From: Candidatus Electrothrix sp. GW3-4
GTDB lineage: Bacteria > Desulfobacterota > Desulfobulbia > Desulfobulbales > Desulfobulbaceae
NCBI RefSeq assembly: GCF_037902255.1
Contig: NZ_CP147990.1
Coordinates: 2,340,001-2,372,000, forward strand
Length of the DNA: 32,000 bases
Direction: 5' to 3'
Positions 1 to 9,100 of the stretch are shown piece after piece. Under the pieces are notes generated by a model. It saw only the letters and a list, made by a program, of their open reading frames with translations. It did no database searches and was not told where the DNA came from. The translations under genes and the position numbers were made by a program. Position 1 is the first letter of the stretch; every line of letters starts with the position of its first letter.

Positions 1-520
1 TTTCCAGTTCATCCAGCTCCTTGGTGAATTTGGGTAATTCCAGGTAAATGAAAATCAGTTTATCATACCCTACCCGATTCCTTTCAATCTCTGAAAGCCT
101 GACATCGTAGCGGTATTTCTCCGCCTGATGTTTGTCCTCATCAAAAGTAAAGTTAAGAATTGCCACCGTATAGACCGCCTTCAGGCCAAAATCCCATTTT
201 TTCCGTTTTTCCTGCTCCCAAATAGGCAATGAATAACAGTAATTCACTCGATTTGAAAAAAAATTATGTTTGCTTTTGCGCAACCCAACAATAAACTTTT
301 CCCCATCCTCATTCTCACAGCAGAGGTCAACAGCGTCCTTCCTGGAAAGAGCGAGCTGTTCGGTCTTCAGGTAGCTGAGATCCCGGACCTCCCCCTGCTC
401 ATCCTGAAGCAGCTCATTGAGAAAATCCAGCAACAGATCCTTATTCGAGTGCTCCCCAAAGATCTTCCTGAATCCATAATCAGTGAGCAGATTAATGTAA
501 CGCTCTTCGGTATCCATCAT
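1..520 (-). CDS. PD-(D/E)XK nuclease family transposase-like protein (PDDEXK_2 / TIGR01784-like); 3' end runs off the window
   Basis: Absent from the ORF track because it is open to the window edge. Hand translation of the minus strand from ATGATG at 520-515 (purine run GGGGGGAGA just upstream) gives MMDTEERYINLLTDYGFRKIFGEHSNKDLLLDFLNELLQDE...AVDLCCENEDGEKFIVGLRKSKHNFFSNR...KWDFGLKAVYTVAILNFTFDED. These are the characteristic N-terminal and core blocks of this family. The frame stays open to position 1. The + ORF 266..589 is its antisense shadow. Confidence 0.7.
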   Translation of the reverse strand, partial: MMDTEERYINLLTDYGFRKIFGEHSNKDLLLDFLNELLQDEQGEVRDLSYLKTEQLALSRKDAVDLCCENEDGEKFIVGLRKSKHNFFSNRVNYCYSLPIWEQEKRKKWDFGLKAVYTVAILNFTFDEDKHQAEKYRYDVRLSEIERNRVGYDKLIFIYLELPKFTKELDELE

Positions 521-704
521 TCTCCCCCCGCAAAAACAGATGAGACAGCATCAGTCATAATTCCACTCCTGGTCTTTATACTGACTTGAAAACGCTGATC
601 TGATATTTTCCTGAGACGTGTATAGAACGACAACAACAGCGATGCCGAGCGTCGTTGAAATATACCGGCGGCAAGCACCAGCAGGAGCGCGGCAGCATCT
701 GTAC

Positions 705-1400
705 TTATTCCCTCCCGGAACGTCCAGAAAACAGGGCCCTCCAATGCACCGAGCGGGACTCCTTGATATCCGGCAGCAGCACAATCTTTTCCGGGAAGCC
801 ATAGCGAGCAAGCGCCTCTCTAAAAATGCCTAATGAATCCGTGACAATTCTCGGGTCATATCCTTCCCCGTACAGATTGTACACCAGGCCCAGCAGCTCC
901 ATATTTCGGTGCTTAATCGCCTCAAGACAGAGCAAGGTATGATTGATGGAGCCAAGCCGGGGTGTGGTGACCAGGATCAGGGAAAAGGAGCGGCTCTGGA
1001 GATAATCCAGTAATAGGAGCTCCCTGGTCAACGGGACCAGCAGACCACCTGCCGCTTCAATGAGCAGCTGATCCACCTGACCAACCAAGGTATCTGTGGC
1101 GCTGTCCAGTTGGGCCGGATCAATCACCGTGCCAGCCTGCTCCGCAGCGAGATGGGGTGAGGCAGGCAAAGGAAAGCAATAGGAACAGGTCAGCCCCTGC
1201 TCGTCCGGGGCAAGCCAGCCTGTACCCATAAGCTTACGATGCAAAAGGATATCTTCGGAACGATCCTTGCAACCGGTCTGCACTGGCTTTTGGGTAATCA
1301 CCACCTTGCCCTGCTCCATGAGATGGCGGGCCAGCAGACCGGTGACGACCGTTTTCCCCACATCAGTATCTATGCCACAGACAACAACGGGTTTCTTCAT
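705..1400 (-). CDS. bioD: ATP-dependent dethiobiotin synthetase
   Basis: 231 aa. The N-terminus VVVCGIDTDVGKTVVTGLLA is the BioD P-loop (GTDTxVGKT type). Length and downstream blocks (LLIEAAGGLLVPL) fit BioD. Confidence 0.9.
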   Translation of the reverse strand: MKKPVVVCGIDTDVGKTVVTGLLARHLMEQGKVVITQKPVQTGCKDRSEDILLHRKLMGTGWLAPDEQGLTCSYCFPLPASPHLAAEQAGTVIDPAQLDSATDTLVGQVDQLLIEAAGGLLVPLTRELLLLDYLQSRSFSLILVTTPRLGSINHTLLCLEAIKHRNMELLGLVYNLYGEGYDPRIVTDSLGIFREALARYGFPEKIVLLPDIKESRSVHWRALFSGRSGRE

Positions 1401-1639
1401 AGACCTTCTTCTACATCCTGTTTTTTAACTCTGCGTTACCTCTCCCTGCCCCTCTTAATAAGACAGGGCTTTTACTATAACATTTTTTCAAAATCAATGG
1501 GATGCAAAAAAAAGGGCGATGAGATAGGTTGGGTTTGCAAACTTAAGGGCACACTAAAGAGAGGAGGCCGTATAGGAAAAAATACGCCCGGTCACGCACT
1601 GACATGGGTTTGGGAAGTCGTACGCTCCCCATTGACGTG

Positions 1640-2215
1640 TTAACTGATTTTCTGAATAAGGCGCTCGTAACAAACAGGGCATATACCGTGCGATAGCTTC
1701 GGGAGCTGGTCTCGGGTAAACAGGACCATCTTCTCAACCGCTTCCTCTACATCCACCCAACTCGCATCATCCTTCCTGATACACTTACACCAACTACAAA
1801 TGGTTATAATTTTTTGGGACCGCTGAACAGAGCTCTCAAGAAAAAATACCGGCGTTCTTACTTCCTCTCGTTCAAGATAACTGGTAAACACTATTTTCCC
1901 CTTATCCTGAGGAGCCATTTCCATTTTCATGTATCTCCTTTTCTCAGGAGAATCACAGCGGAATGGAAACTCAATCGCCTTTCTGTTTACCCTCACGCTC
2001 GTTATCAACATATCATAGAGCTCCTGGCAGCTGCCACAGGATATAAAGCTGCTGATATCACGAGAGAGAACCATATCGCTCATCAGCTCTTCTCCACCAT
2101 TTTGGCTGGCAAAATAAAACCATGCTTCATCGACAGACTCTATTCTATTCGTCCTATCTATGAGATAACGGGTACATGAGTAATCAGTCATCGCTTTCCT
2201 CGAATTATAAAGCAA
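1640..2215 (-). CDS. small PAS-like sensor-domain protein with a C-terminal CxxC...CxxC motif
   Basis: 191 aa. The N-terminal ~120 aa have a PAS-like pattern (YLIDRTNRIESVDEAWFYFASQNGG...FPFRCDSPEKRRYMKMEM). The C-terminus ICSWCKCIRKDDASWVDVEE...LSHGICPVCYERL is a four-Cys module seen at the ends of many deltaproteobacterial signalling proteins. The true start may be the internal Met at MTDYS. Confidence 0.55.
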   Translation of the reverse strand: MLYNSRKAMTDYSCTRYLIDRTNRIESVDEAWFYFASQNGGEELMSDMVLSRDISSFISCGSCQELYDMLITSVRVNRKAIEFPFRCDSPEKRRYMKMEMAPQDKGKIVFTSYLEREEVRTPVFFLESSVQRSQKIITICSWCKCIRKDDASWVDVEEAVEKMVLFTRDQLPKLSHGICPVCYERLIQKIS

Positions 2216-2596
2216 GGCACGTCAATACAAATTTAAATCACGCACTCAGCAACTCGCAACTTGATACACGTCAACCTCTACTAATAAACCATGGCACCTA
2301 TCCACCATAAAATCAAACTTTTTTACGAAAAATCATAACCATAAAAATTAAAGAAACCAACCCCATCTTAGAAATCACCTTGCCTCGCAACGAAATTTAC
2401 ACAAATCGAAAATCATGCTTGCCGTCGGGAAGAGCCTGAAAAGAGGGAGAGCAGGCGTATCGAGAGAAAAAGAATGGGGGAGGAGAAAAGCACACCACTT
2501 CAGAAGAGCGGGTTGGATGACACGACGCATCGCCAGGATAATGCAAAGATAAATCATCCTGACAATGCCTCTGGCCAAATTCTTCCAAAATAGGTT

Positions 2597-3820
2597 CTAC
2601 TTGTACTCCTCGGCCCGGCTGATAATAAACTCCTTCCAGGAAGGGTCATCAAAGGCATGGGCAATGGTGAAGATGTCTTTATCGCCGCGACCGGACATAT
2701 TGATAATAATCGCCTGATCCCGAGACATGGTCGGGGCCTCCTTGATCGCCTGAACAAAGGCATGGGAGGATTCCAGGGCCGGAATGATCCCTTCCCTCTG
2801 CATGGTCAGTTTCAGGGCCTCCAGCACCTCATCATCTGTTGCGGCCTCAAAGCGGACCCGTCCCTTTTCTCCCAGATCAGCCAGGATCGGGGAAACACCT
2901 ACATAGTCCAGTCCTGCGGCAATGGAATGGGTCTCCAGCATTTGGCCATCATCATTCTGAAGAAACATGGTCTTGTACCCCTGGGCCACCCCAGGGGTCG
3001 CCCGGTCGCCCACCATCCTGGAGGCATGTTCCTCGGTATCAATGCCCTTACCACCTGCTTCCACACCGACGAGCTCCACCTCTTCATGCTCCAGGAATCC
3101 CTGAAAGATGCCCATGGCATTGGAACCGCCACCGACACAGGCATAAACCCGATCCGGCAAGCCTTCGTGCTGCTCTTGGATCTGCTTATTTGCCTCAATG
3201 CCGACGATAGATTGAAACCAGGAGACCATCTCCGGGAAAGGGGCTGGGCCGCAGGCCGTACCAAAGACATAATGGGTGCTGTCCATATTGGTGACCCAAT
3301 CCCGAAAGGCCTCGTTAATAGCGTCCTTCAGGGTTCTGGAACCGTCCTTCACTGGCACAACTGTAGCTCCCAGCTTTTCCATCCAGAAGACATTGGGCCG
3401 CTGCCGGGCCACGTCCACTTCACCCATATAAATCGTGCAGTCAAACCCGAAGCGGGCCGCCATAGTGGCGGTGGCAACCCCGTGCTGCCCTGCCCCGGTC
3501 TCCGCGATGACCCGTTTCTTGCCCATGCGCTTAACCAGCAGGCCCTGCCCCATCACGTTATTGGCCTTGTGGGCACCGGTGTGGTTCAGATCTTCCCGCT
3601 TGATATAGATCCGCGCTCCACCCAGATGATCGGAGAGATTTTGAGCAAAGGTCAAAGGCGTAGGACGGCAGGAATAATTGCTCATCAGATCGACATATTC
3701 CTGCCAGAATTTCTCATCGGCTCGTGCCGCCGCATAGGCTTCATGTAATTCCGCAAAGGTCTGATGGAGCACTTCCGGGATGAACGCACCACCCCATTGG
3801 CCGAAATATCCTTTTTTCAT
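2597..3820 (-). CDS. trpB: tryptophan synthase beta chain (TrpB1 type)
   Basis: 407 aa. It has GQWGGAFIPEVL, the PLP-lysine block REDLNHTGAHKANN, ETGAGQHGVATA and GGGSNAMG. No trpA is adjacent. Confidence 0.95.
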   Translation of the reverse strand: MKKGYFGQWGGAFIPEVLHQTFAELHEAYAAARADEKFWQEYVDLMSNYSCRPTPLTFAQNLSDHLGGARIYIKREDLNHTGAHKANNVMGQGLLVKRMGKKRVIAETGAGQHGVATATMAARFGFDCTIYMGEVDVARQRPNVFWMEKLGATVVPVKDGSRTLKDAINEAFRDWVTNMDSTHYVFGTACGPAPFPEMVSWFQSIVGIEANKQIQEQHEGLPDRVYACVGGGSNAMGIFQGFLEHEEVELVGVEAGGKGIDTEEHASRMVGDRATPGVAQGYKTMFLQNDDGQMLETHSIAAGLDYVGVSPILADLGEKGRVRFEAATDDEVLEALKLTMQREGIIPALESSHAFVQAIKEAPTMSRDQAIIINMSGRGDKDIFTIAHAFDDPSWKEFIISRAEEYK

Positions 3821-3885
3821 AATCTGTTTTTTGTTCTATCGGTTATCAATTAAAATACAATTGCCTTATATTCCCTGAAAACTAC

Positions 3886-4572
3886 CTACTTTTTCTTGAG
3901 CTGCTGGAGATATTCCACTAACGCATAGACCTGAGTGGAGGGCATATCAGTGCCACCACTCTCGCAATGACGTTCAGCCCGCTTTGCATGAGTAATAGCG
4001 CCTGAAATGTCTTTTCTTATAACGTGATAAATATTTTTTATCCCGCCTTTTTCATAGGACGGCATATATTTCTTGAGATCAGCCATAACGCTGGCGCAGA
4101 TCGAGCCCCCTTTTACACTGAAATTCTTCGTCGTATAGGTAAAATGAAGAAGGAGCCAGAACTCAAAGCAGGGTACAGAGGTAATCGCGTATATGGGACA
4201 ACCACGTTTTTTCTTTTCCCGTTCTCTTCGGACGACATCAAGAGTTTCCTGATATGTTGGATGCTGATCCTTATCAAAGACACAGTAGACCCGATCATAC
4301 GGCTCGCCCTTCTCACGTTTATCTTTTGCGTATTCTTCCAGGGCCAGTTCCACCACATTACGAGGAGAGGAACCGGCTGTATTTTCTGCAATCCTGATGT
4401 TCGCCGTATTCAGTTGCAGATCATCAATCACGGCTTTAAAATAATCAGGTTCTGTCTTCTTCCCTTCGCAGACAATCAGCACCCGGTCATAGGGAGACCT
4501 TCTCGCCCCCTTTCGTTTAAAGGAAGCAGCGCTTCGGGCTTTACGCTTATGAAACAGCTGATCGCTGCCCAT
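3886..4572 (-). CDS. RloB-like / AbiLii-like Toprim-type protein
   Basis: 228 aa. VLIVCEGKKTEPDYF is the RloB-family hallmark (Toprim Glu), followed by an acidic VYCVFDKDQH (DxD-like) block. Its ATG (4572-4570) overlaps the stop of the upstream ATPase by 1 nt (TAATG), which implies translational coupling. Confidence 0.85.
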   Translation of the reverse strand: MGSDQLFHKRKARSAASFKRKGARRSPYDRVLIVCEGKKTEPDYFKAVIDDLQLNTANIRIAENTAGSSPRNVVELALEEYAKDKREKGEPYDRVYCVFDKDQHPTYQETLDVVRREREKKKRGCPIYAITSVPCFEFWLLLHFTYTTKNFSVKGGSICASVMADLKKYMPSYEKGGIKNIYHVIRKDISGAITHAKRAERHCESGGTDMPSTQVYALVEYLQQLKKK

Positions 4573-5840
4573 TAAAACCGAACCTCACCAATATAGGGCA
4601 AGGCTCCGAATCGGCCTTGCAGATAACCTTTTTCCAGGGCTTCCTGTTTTCGGGGATGAAAATCCGACAAGGGATAAAGCTGCGTTGCCTGATCGCCATC
4701 CTTCTCGGTAAACCAAATCTGATCCCGGCGCAGAATTTTTGCGTCTAATATAGAGGTATCATGGGTGGAAAAAATCAGCTGCCCATTTTGTTCATTAGCT
4801 TCCGAATCATGAATTAAAGAGAGCAGGAAGCGGACTAGATGGGGATGAAAGCTATTATCCAATTCATCAACAACCAGTACCCGCCCATTCTTTAACACAT
4901 CCAAGAGGGGAGCCGCATAAGAAAAAAGCTTTTGAGTTCCGTCAGACTCCTCTTCCAGGGGAAGCAAGCGGTTCTCTCCTTCCGCGCCTATATTATGCTG
5001 AAAGAAAACCTTCTTCACCGGTTTACCCAGCAAGTCCTTCTGAATAGCTTTTTTCACTTCATCAGGCATATCAGAGGGAAACCGTAAGCGATCAATCTCT
5101 TTCTCTTTGATTTCGATTCCATCAACCGCAATACCTGCCCCTTGCAATAAACTCAGAATGTCTTCATAACTCTCCCCTTTCTCACAGGAGCTTGCTGTAA
5201 ATCCTGGATCAAAGCTTTCTCCGTGCCTGATGATAATCAGCTTTTGAAACCAAGTAAAGAGTGGTTTCAACTGCTCGCTGTTCAGCTGGACCGCTGTGGA
5301 CAAAAAAAGGGCATTTGCTCTGGTTGACTCCTGCCATGTTTTCTTTTGGCCGGAAAACTTAGGACCAAAATACCACTCTTCCTCTTCTGTCTCTGGATTA
5401 TACGCCCGTTCAAACCAACGCTGAGCCCGGTTGGTTGGGTACGCAAACAACCATTCATGGACCACCCGCTCCCTGGTCACGGCAAATCCGTACTGATAGC
5501 GAATATCACCCTGAAGAAAAAAGACCTCAAACTCACTTGCAGTCGTCTCGCTTCCGGGATGAAGGAGAAAGGGCTTGCTCGTGATATGTTCTCCTTCCTG
5601 GCTTTCTTTTGAAGAGAAAACCACAAATTCCTGCATAAAATCAAGAGCATCGATAAAATTACTTTTTCCCGCCCCGTTCGCCCCATAGATAACTGATGAC
5701 CTGAGCAATCTCGGAAGCCCTTCAATAGGAGAGGGAAAAGAATTTTCTTCCTGGAGGTCTTTTGTTGCCCCGGCAGCCATGCTCAAGGTTTGGGATTCCA
5801 AAAAGGAGCGGTAATTTTTGACACTGAATTCGATAAGCAT
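4572..5840 (-). CDS. ABC/SMC-type AAA ATPase (AAA_21/RloA, AbiLi-like)
   Basis: Walker A YGANGAGKSNFIDAL, Walker B/D-loop VLVVDELDNSFHP and H-loop LIFSTHD. I place the start at the internal Met (MLIEFSVKNYRSF, ATG at 5840-5838). Family members begin with this beta-strand, and the 35-aa extension in the track ORF (to 5945) is hydrophobic junk. Confidence 0.85.
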   Translation of the reverse strand: MLIEFSVKNYRSFLESQTLSMAAGATKDLQEENSFPSPIEGLPRLLRSSVIYGANGAGKSNFIDALDFMQEFVVFSSKESQEGEHITSKPFLLHPGSETTASEFEVFFLQGDIRYQYGFAVTRERVVHEWLFAYPTNRAQRWFERAYNPETEEEEWYFGPKFSGQKKTWQESTRANALFLSTAVQLNSEQLKPLFTWFQKLIIIRHGESFDPGFTASSCEKGESYEDILSLLQGAGIAVDGIEIKEKEIDRLRFPSDMPDEVKKAIQKDLLGKPVKKVFFQHNIGAEGENRLLPLEEESDGTQKLFSYAAPLLDVLKNGRVLVVDELDNSFHPHLVRFLLSLIHDSEANEQNGQLIFSTHDTSILDAKILRRDQIWFTEKDGDQATQLYPLSDFHPRKQEALEKGYLQGRFGALPYIGEVRF

Positions 5841-6129
5841 GAAATGTACCTGGATTTTCGGTCTACTCAGGTAAAGCAGACAAACTAAGACGGCTTCAAA
5901 TAAACTTTCAACGTAAAAAATGCACAAAAAGTTCTTTTTTTGCAACTAAAATCATTCCCGACTATCTTTTATCAGATTGTTTCGTTCTGAATCAAGCAGC
6001 CAAATCTGACTTGCATCATTTCAAGTGTTCTTCGTTGATACCGGTATGTTTTTTCTTTTGTTTTTCCCTTTTTTCTGTTCCTATTGCCTTGACACCTTAA
6101 CCGTAAAAGTATTTACAGGATATTGAGCC

Positions 6130-9100
6130 TTGAACAGAAAAATACTCTTTCTTGCTGCCGCCCCACGGGATGATAAGAGACTGCAACTTTCTACCGAACT
6201 TCGAGAAATAAAGGAAGCACTACAGCGTTCCCCAAGAAGAGATGATTTCAATTTGATAGATACAGTGGCAGTGCGTGTCCAAGACTTGCGACGGGCCTTA
6301 CTGGCTCATGAGCCTCAAATTGTTCATTTCAGCGGTCATGGAACAACTACCGATTGCATATTGGAAAACCAAACAGGCAACACCCAACCTGTTGACAATA
6401 AAGCAATCGCTACTCTCTTCGGTTTATTCGCTAATTGTATTCAGTTCGTTATCTTGAACTCTTGTAATTCTGAAGCACTTGCTGAAAAAATTGCTGGGGC
6501 TATTCCCTACGTGGTCGGCATGAACGATGAAATCGATGATGAATCTGCAATACACTTCTCTACAGGATTTTACGATGCTTTAGGTGCAGGAAAAGATTAT
6601 GAGACCGCCTTTGAATTTGCCTGTAACGCGATTGAACTCTCCAATCTACCTGGAAAGGATATCCCTGTCCTAAAAAAAGGTAATCCAGAGGCTATTGTAA
6701 AATCGCATCCTCCTACAGGTCCTCAAAATACAGTTCCTGATCAGCAACAAATCGCACCTCAATTCACAGTCCTTCTCAGTGAACATATATCCAGCGAACT
6801 GGATGAGGTTACTCAGCTGTACTATGCCGGAAAGTTCAAAACAGCACTGGAGCAACTTCTCACCATAAAACAGGATCAGATACGCTGGAGTGCCTTAGAA
6901 AATGACAAAAAAGCTCAGGTGCTACGTATTGAGGCCAATCTGCTCCTGAGCTACGACAGCAATATTGACCTAGCTCAGCAGAGATCCGATGAAGCTGACA
7001 GGGTTTCACCTCCCCCACCCGGTTCGTCGGCCTTGCAGGCATTAATAACTTGGTCCAAATCTGGGCCTCAACAGGCTCTCCCATACCTGGAATCACCAGT
7101 CGCAGCTGAAGGCAAATTGCTCAAGGCGTGGCTACTGTCTGCTCTTGAACGCTTTGAGGAGGCCGACAACCTACTTGAGGGATTACCAGAACATGATTCT
7201 GCTATCCAAAGCGATGTATTCCGGCTACGAGCTATCATAAAATTATATGACCGGGAATTGGACAGCGCACTACTCTGTATTCAACGGGCAAGAAAACGCA
7301 CACCTGACAGCAACAAAGTAATTGAGACAGAGGGGATGCTGCTGTATTACAGCGCACTTTCTCCGGCAGTTGTTCCACAACAGCTTCAAGGCATACCTGA
7401 CCCTGTAGACTGGTTGGTTGTTCGCCATGACCTGCAAAGCCTTGAAAGGTTAAATCAAGCGGCTGAAAACTTCTGTACCCTTCTGGACACCTGCGAAACA
7501 AATCAAGAGCAGCAACGTAGCTGGGAGGTCTGGCGGCTGGCCTGTTTATCTTGCCATAAAGATCGCCTACCTGAAGCAGAAACCTATTGCCGCCATCTTC
7601 TGGATAAAGAGCCAACCCATGCCTACGCAATCGCTTGGGGCATTGTTCGACGCTTCCTCAATCAACAACATATCACCAAATGCATTTTTGCCCTTGAGGA
7701 ACAATTAACCACAGAAAAACCGAAAATCGGTGCCATTCTGAGTTTATGTGCGCTGTATAGAGAGGAAGAGCAAAATGATAAGGCATGTAGCTTACTGGAA
7801 ACTCATCAGGATATTTTTATACAGCAGAATCAGCTCCCGCTCTGGCAGGCATGGAAGGCACAAGCGTCCTGTGTTTCAACTGATACAGAGAGTGAAGTGT
7901 CAACAGAAGCGGACTTGAGCATCGGCGCAAAGCTTATATATCTGAAACAAGCTGCCACGATTAACAACGATTATAAAGAACTCTTTCGATACGCTGAGCA
8001 GTCTTTACAGGGAGAACTCTCACCGGACATCTTTTTAAATATATGCGTGTTTTTGAGTTATCAGAACGAGTGGAATTTTATTGCCGATCACGCCCTTGAA
8101 CTTGTCGAAAAAGGAGGAACGAGCGGAGCTGTAGAGCTGGCCGCCCAAGCCTGTTACGAAACAGATCGCTATAAAGAGTTACTGACAATTCTGACAGAAT
8201 ATACTTTTCTGTTTTCCGAAGGAAAATTGCCTCCGGGCTTGGAAAGGGCAAAAATCATGGCCCAACAAAGAGTCGGAGGTTCCGAACTGCCTAAGGCTGT
8301 TTTGGCGGCAGAAGCACTCGCTCAACAGACTGGTGAACTGATTGATCTTTTAAGGCTTGCTGACCTGCAATTATACCAAGGAAATATTGTTCAAGCTACG
8401 CACATAATATTACAGGCTGGTCAACAGCATAAGCTACCACCAAAACAAATTATTCATTATTCGCAGGTTATTGCCACAGAAAACAAAGAGGCTGCGGTTA
8501 AGCTTTTGACAACTTGCAAGCCCGAGGAACTCCCGAGCGAACTGCTTCCCGCCGTTTTCATGTTGAGCAATACGCTTGGGGTAGAGGATAAACTGGAACA
8601 ATTTCTGAGCCGATTTCATGAAGAATTGGCAGCCGGAATGATACCGGGAGTGCAAAAATTTACAGGAACAGACAAGCTGATTGAGCTGATTCAATCTTCA
8701 CAGCAACAGGCGCAACAAAGACAGCAATTATACGAACAAGGAAAAGTACCGATTCATCTCATTGCTGATCAGACTGCGCACTCACCTCTTCTCTCTCTTT
8801 ATCATGAATACCTGTCATATATGAAGCAAGATGGCGAGCTTGCCGGTTCGTCTTCTTTGTTCGTCCGGCATGGAGGAAGGGCAATAATCAGAGACTTCTC
8901 TGCACAGCCATCGGAATGGAATCTCCATCTGGACATCACAGCTCTGTTGCTCTCTACACATCTTGGCATATTGGACAAGGTAGAGCAATGTTTCGGCACC
9001 CTGCATCTTCCAGCTCCCTTGATGCCGCTGTTGCAAAAAATGTTGCAACAAGCCGAACCTGCCCAGGCTGGCAGGGTGAGGGCCATGCAAAAAATCCTGC

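Noticed and set aside
2657-3748. 363-aa + strand ORF (plus 2839..3210 and 2899..3270) inside the trpB region
   Set aside because: It is antisense to, or out of frame with, an unmistakable TrpB reading frame. Its composition is Gly/Pro/His/Arg-rich with no recognisable motifs, as expected for shadow ORFs in GC-rich coding DNA.
2597-3820. Stand-alone trpB without trpA as an anomaly
   Set aside because: Split trp genes are common and the protein is a normal TrpB1 type. Nothing in the sequence suggests a novel role.
5841-5945. 35-codon N-terminal extension of the ATPase ORF in the track
   Set aside because: The extension (MQKKNFLCIFYVESLFEAVLVCLLYLSRPKIQVHF) is hydrophobic and unrelated to the family, whose members begin at MLIEFSVKNYRSF. 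The internal ATG at 5840 is preferred.
6089-6115. TTGACA (6089-6094) plus TATTTA (6110-6115) as the giant-gene promoter
   Set aside because: The spacer is only 15 nt. The resulting transcript would start after the AGGA RBS, about 8 nt from the TTG start codon. This is possible only if the mRNA is nearly leaderless, so it was not called.
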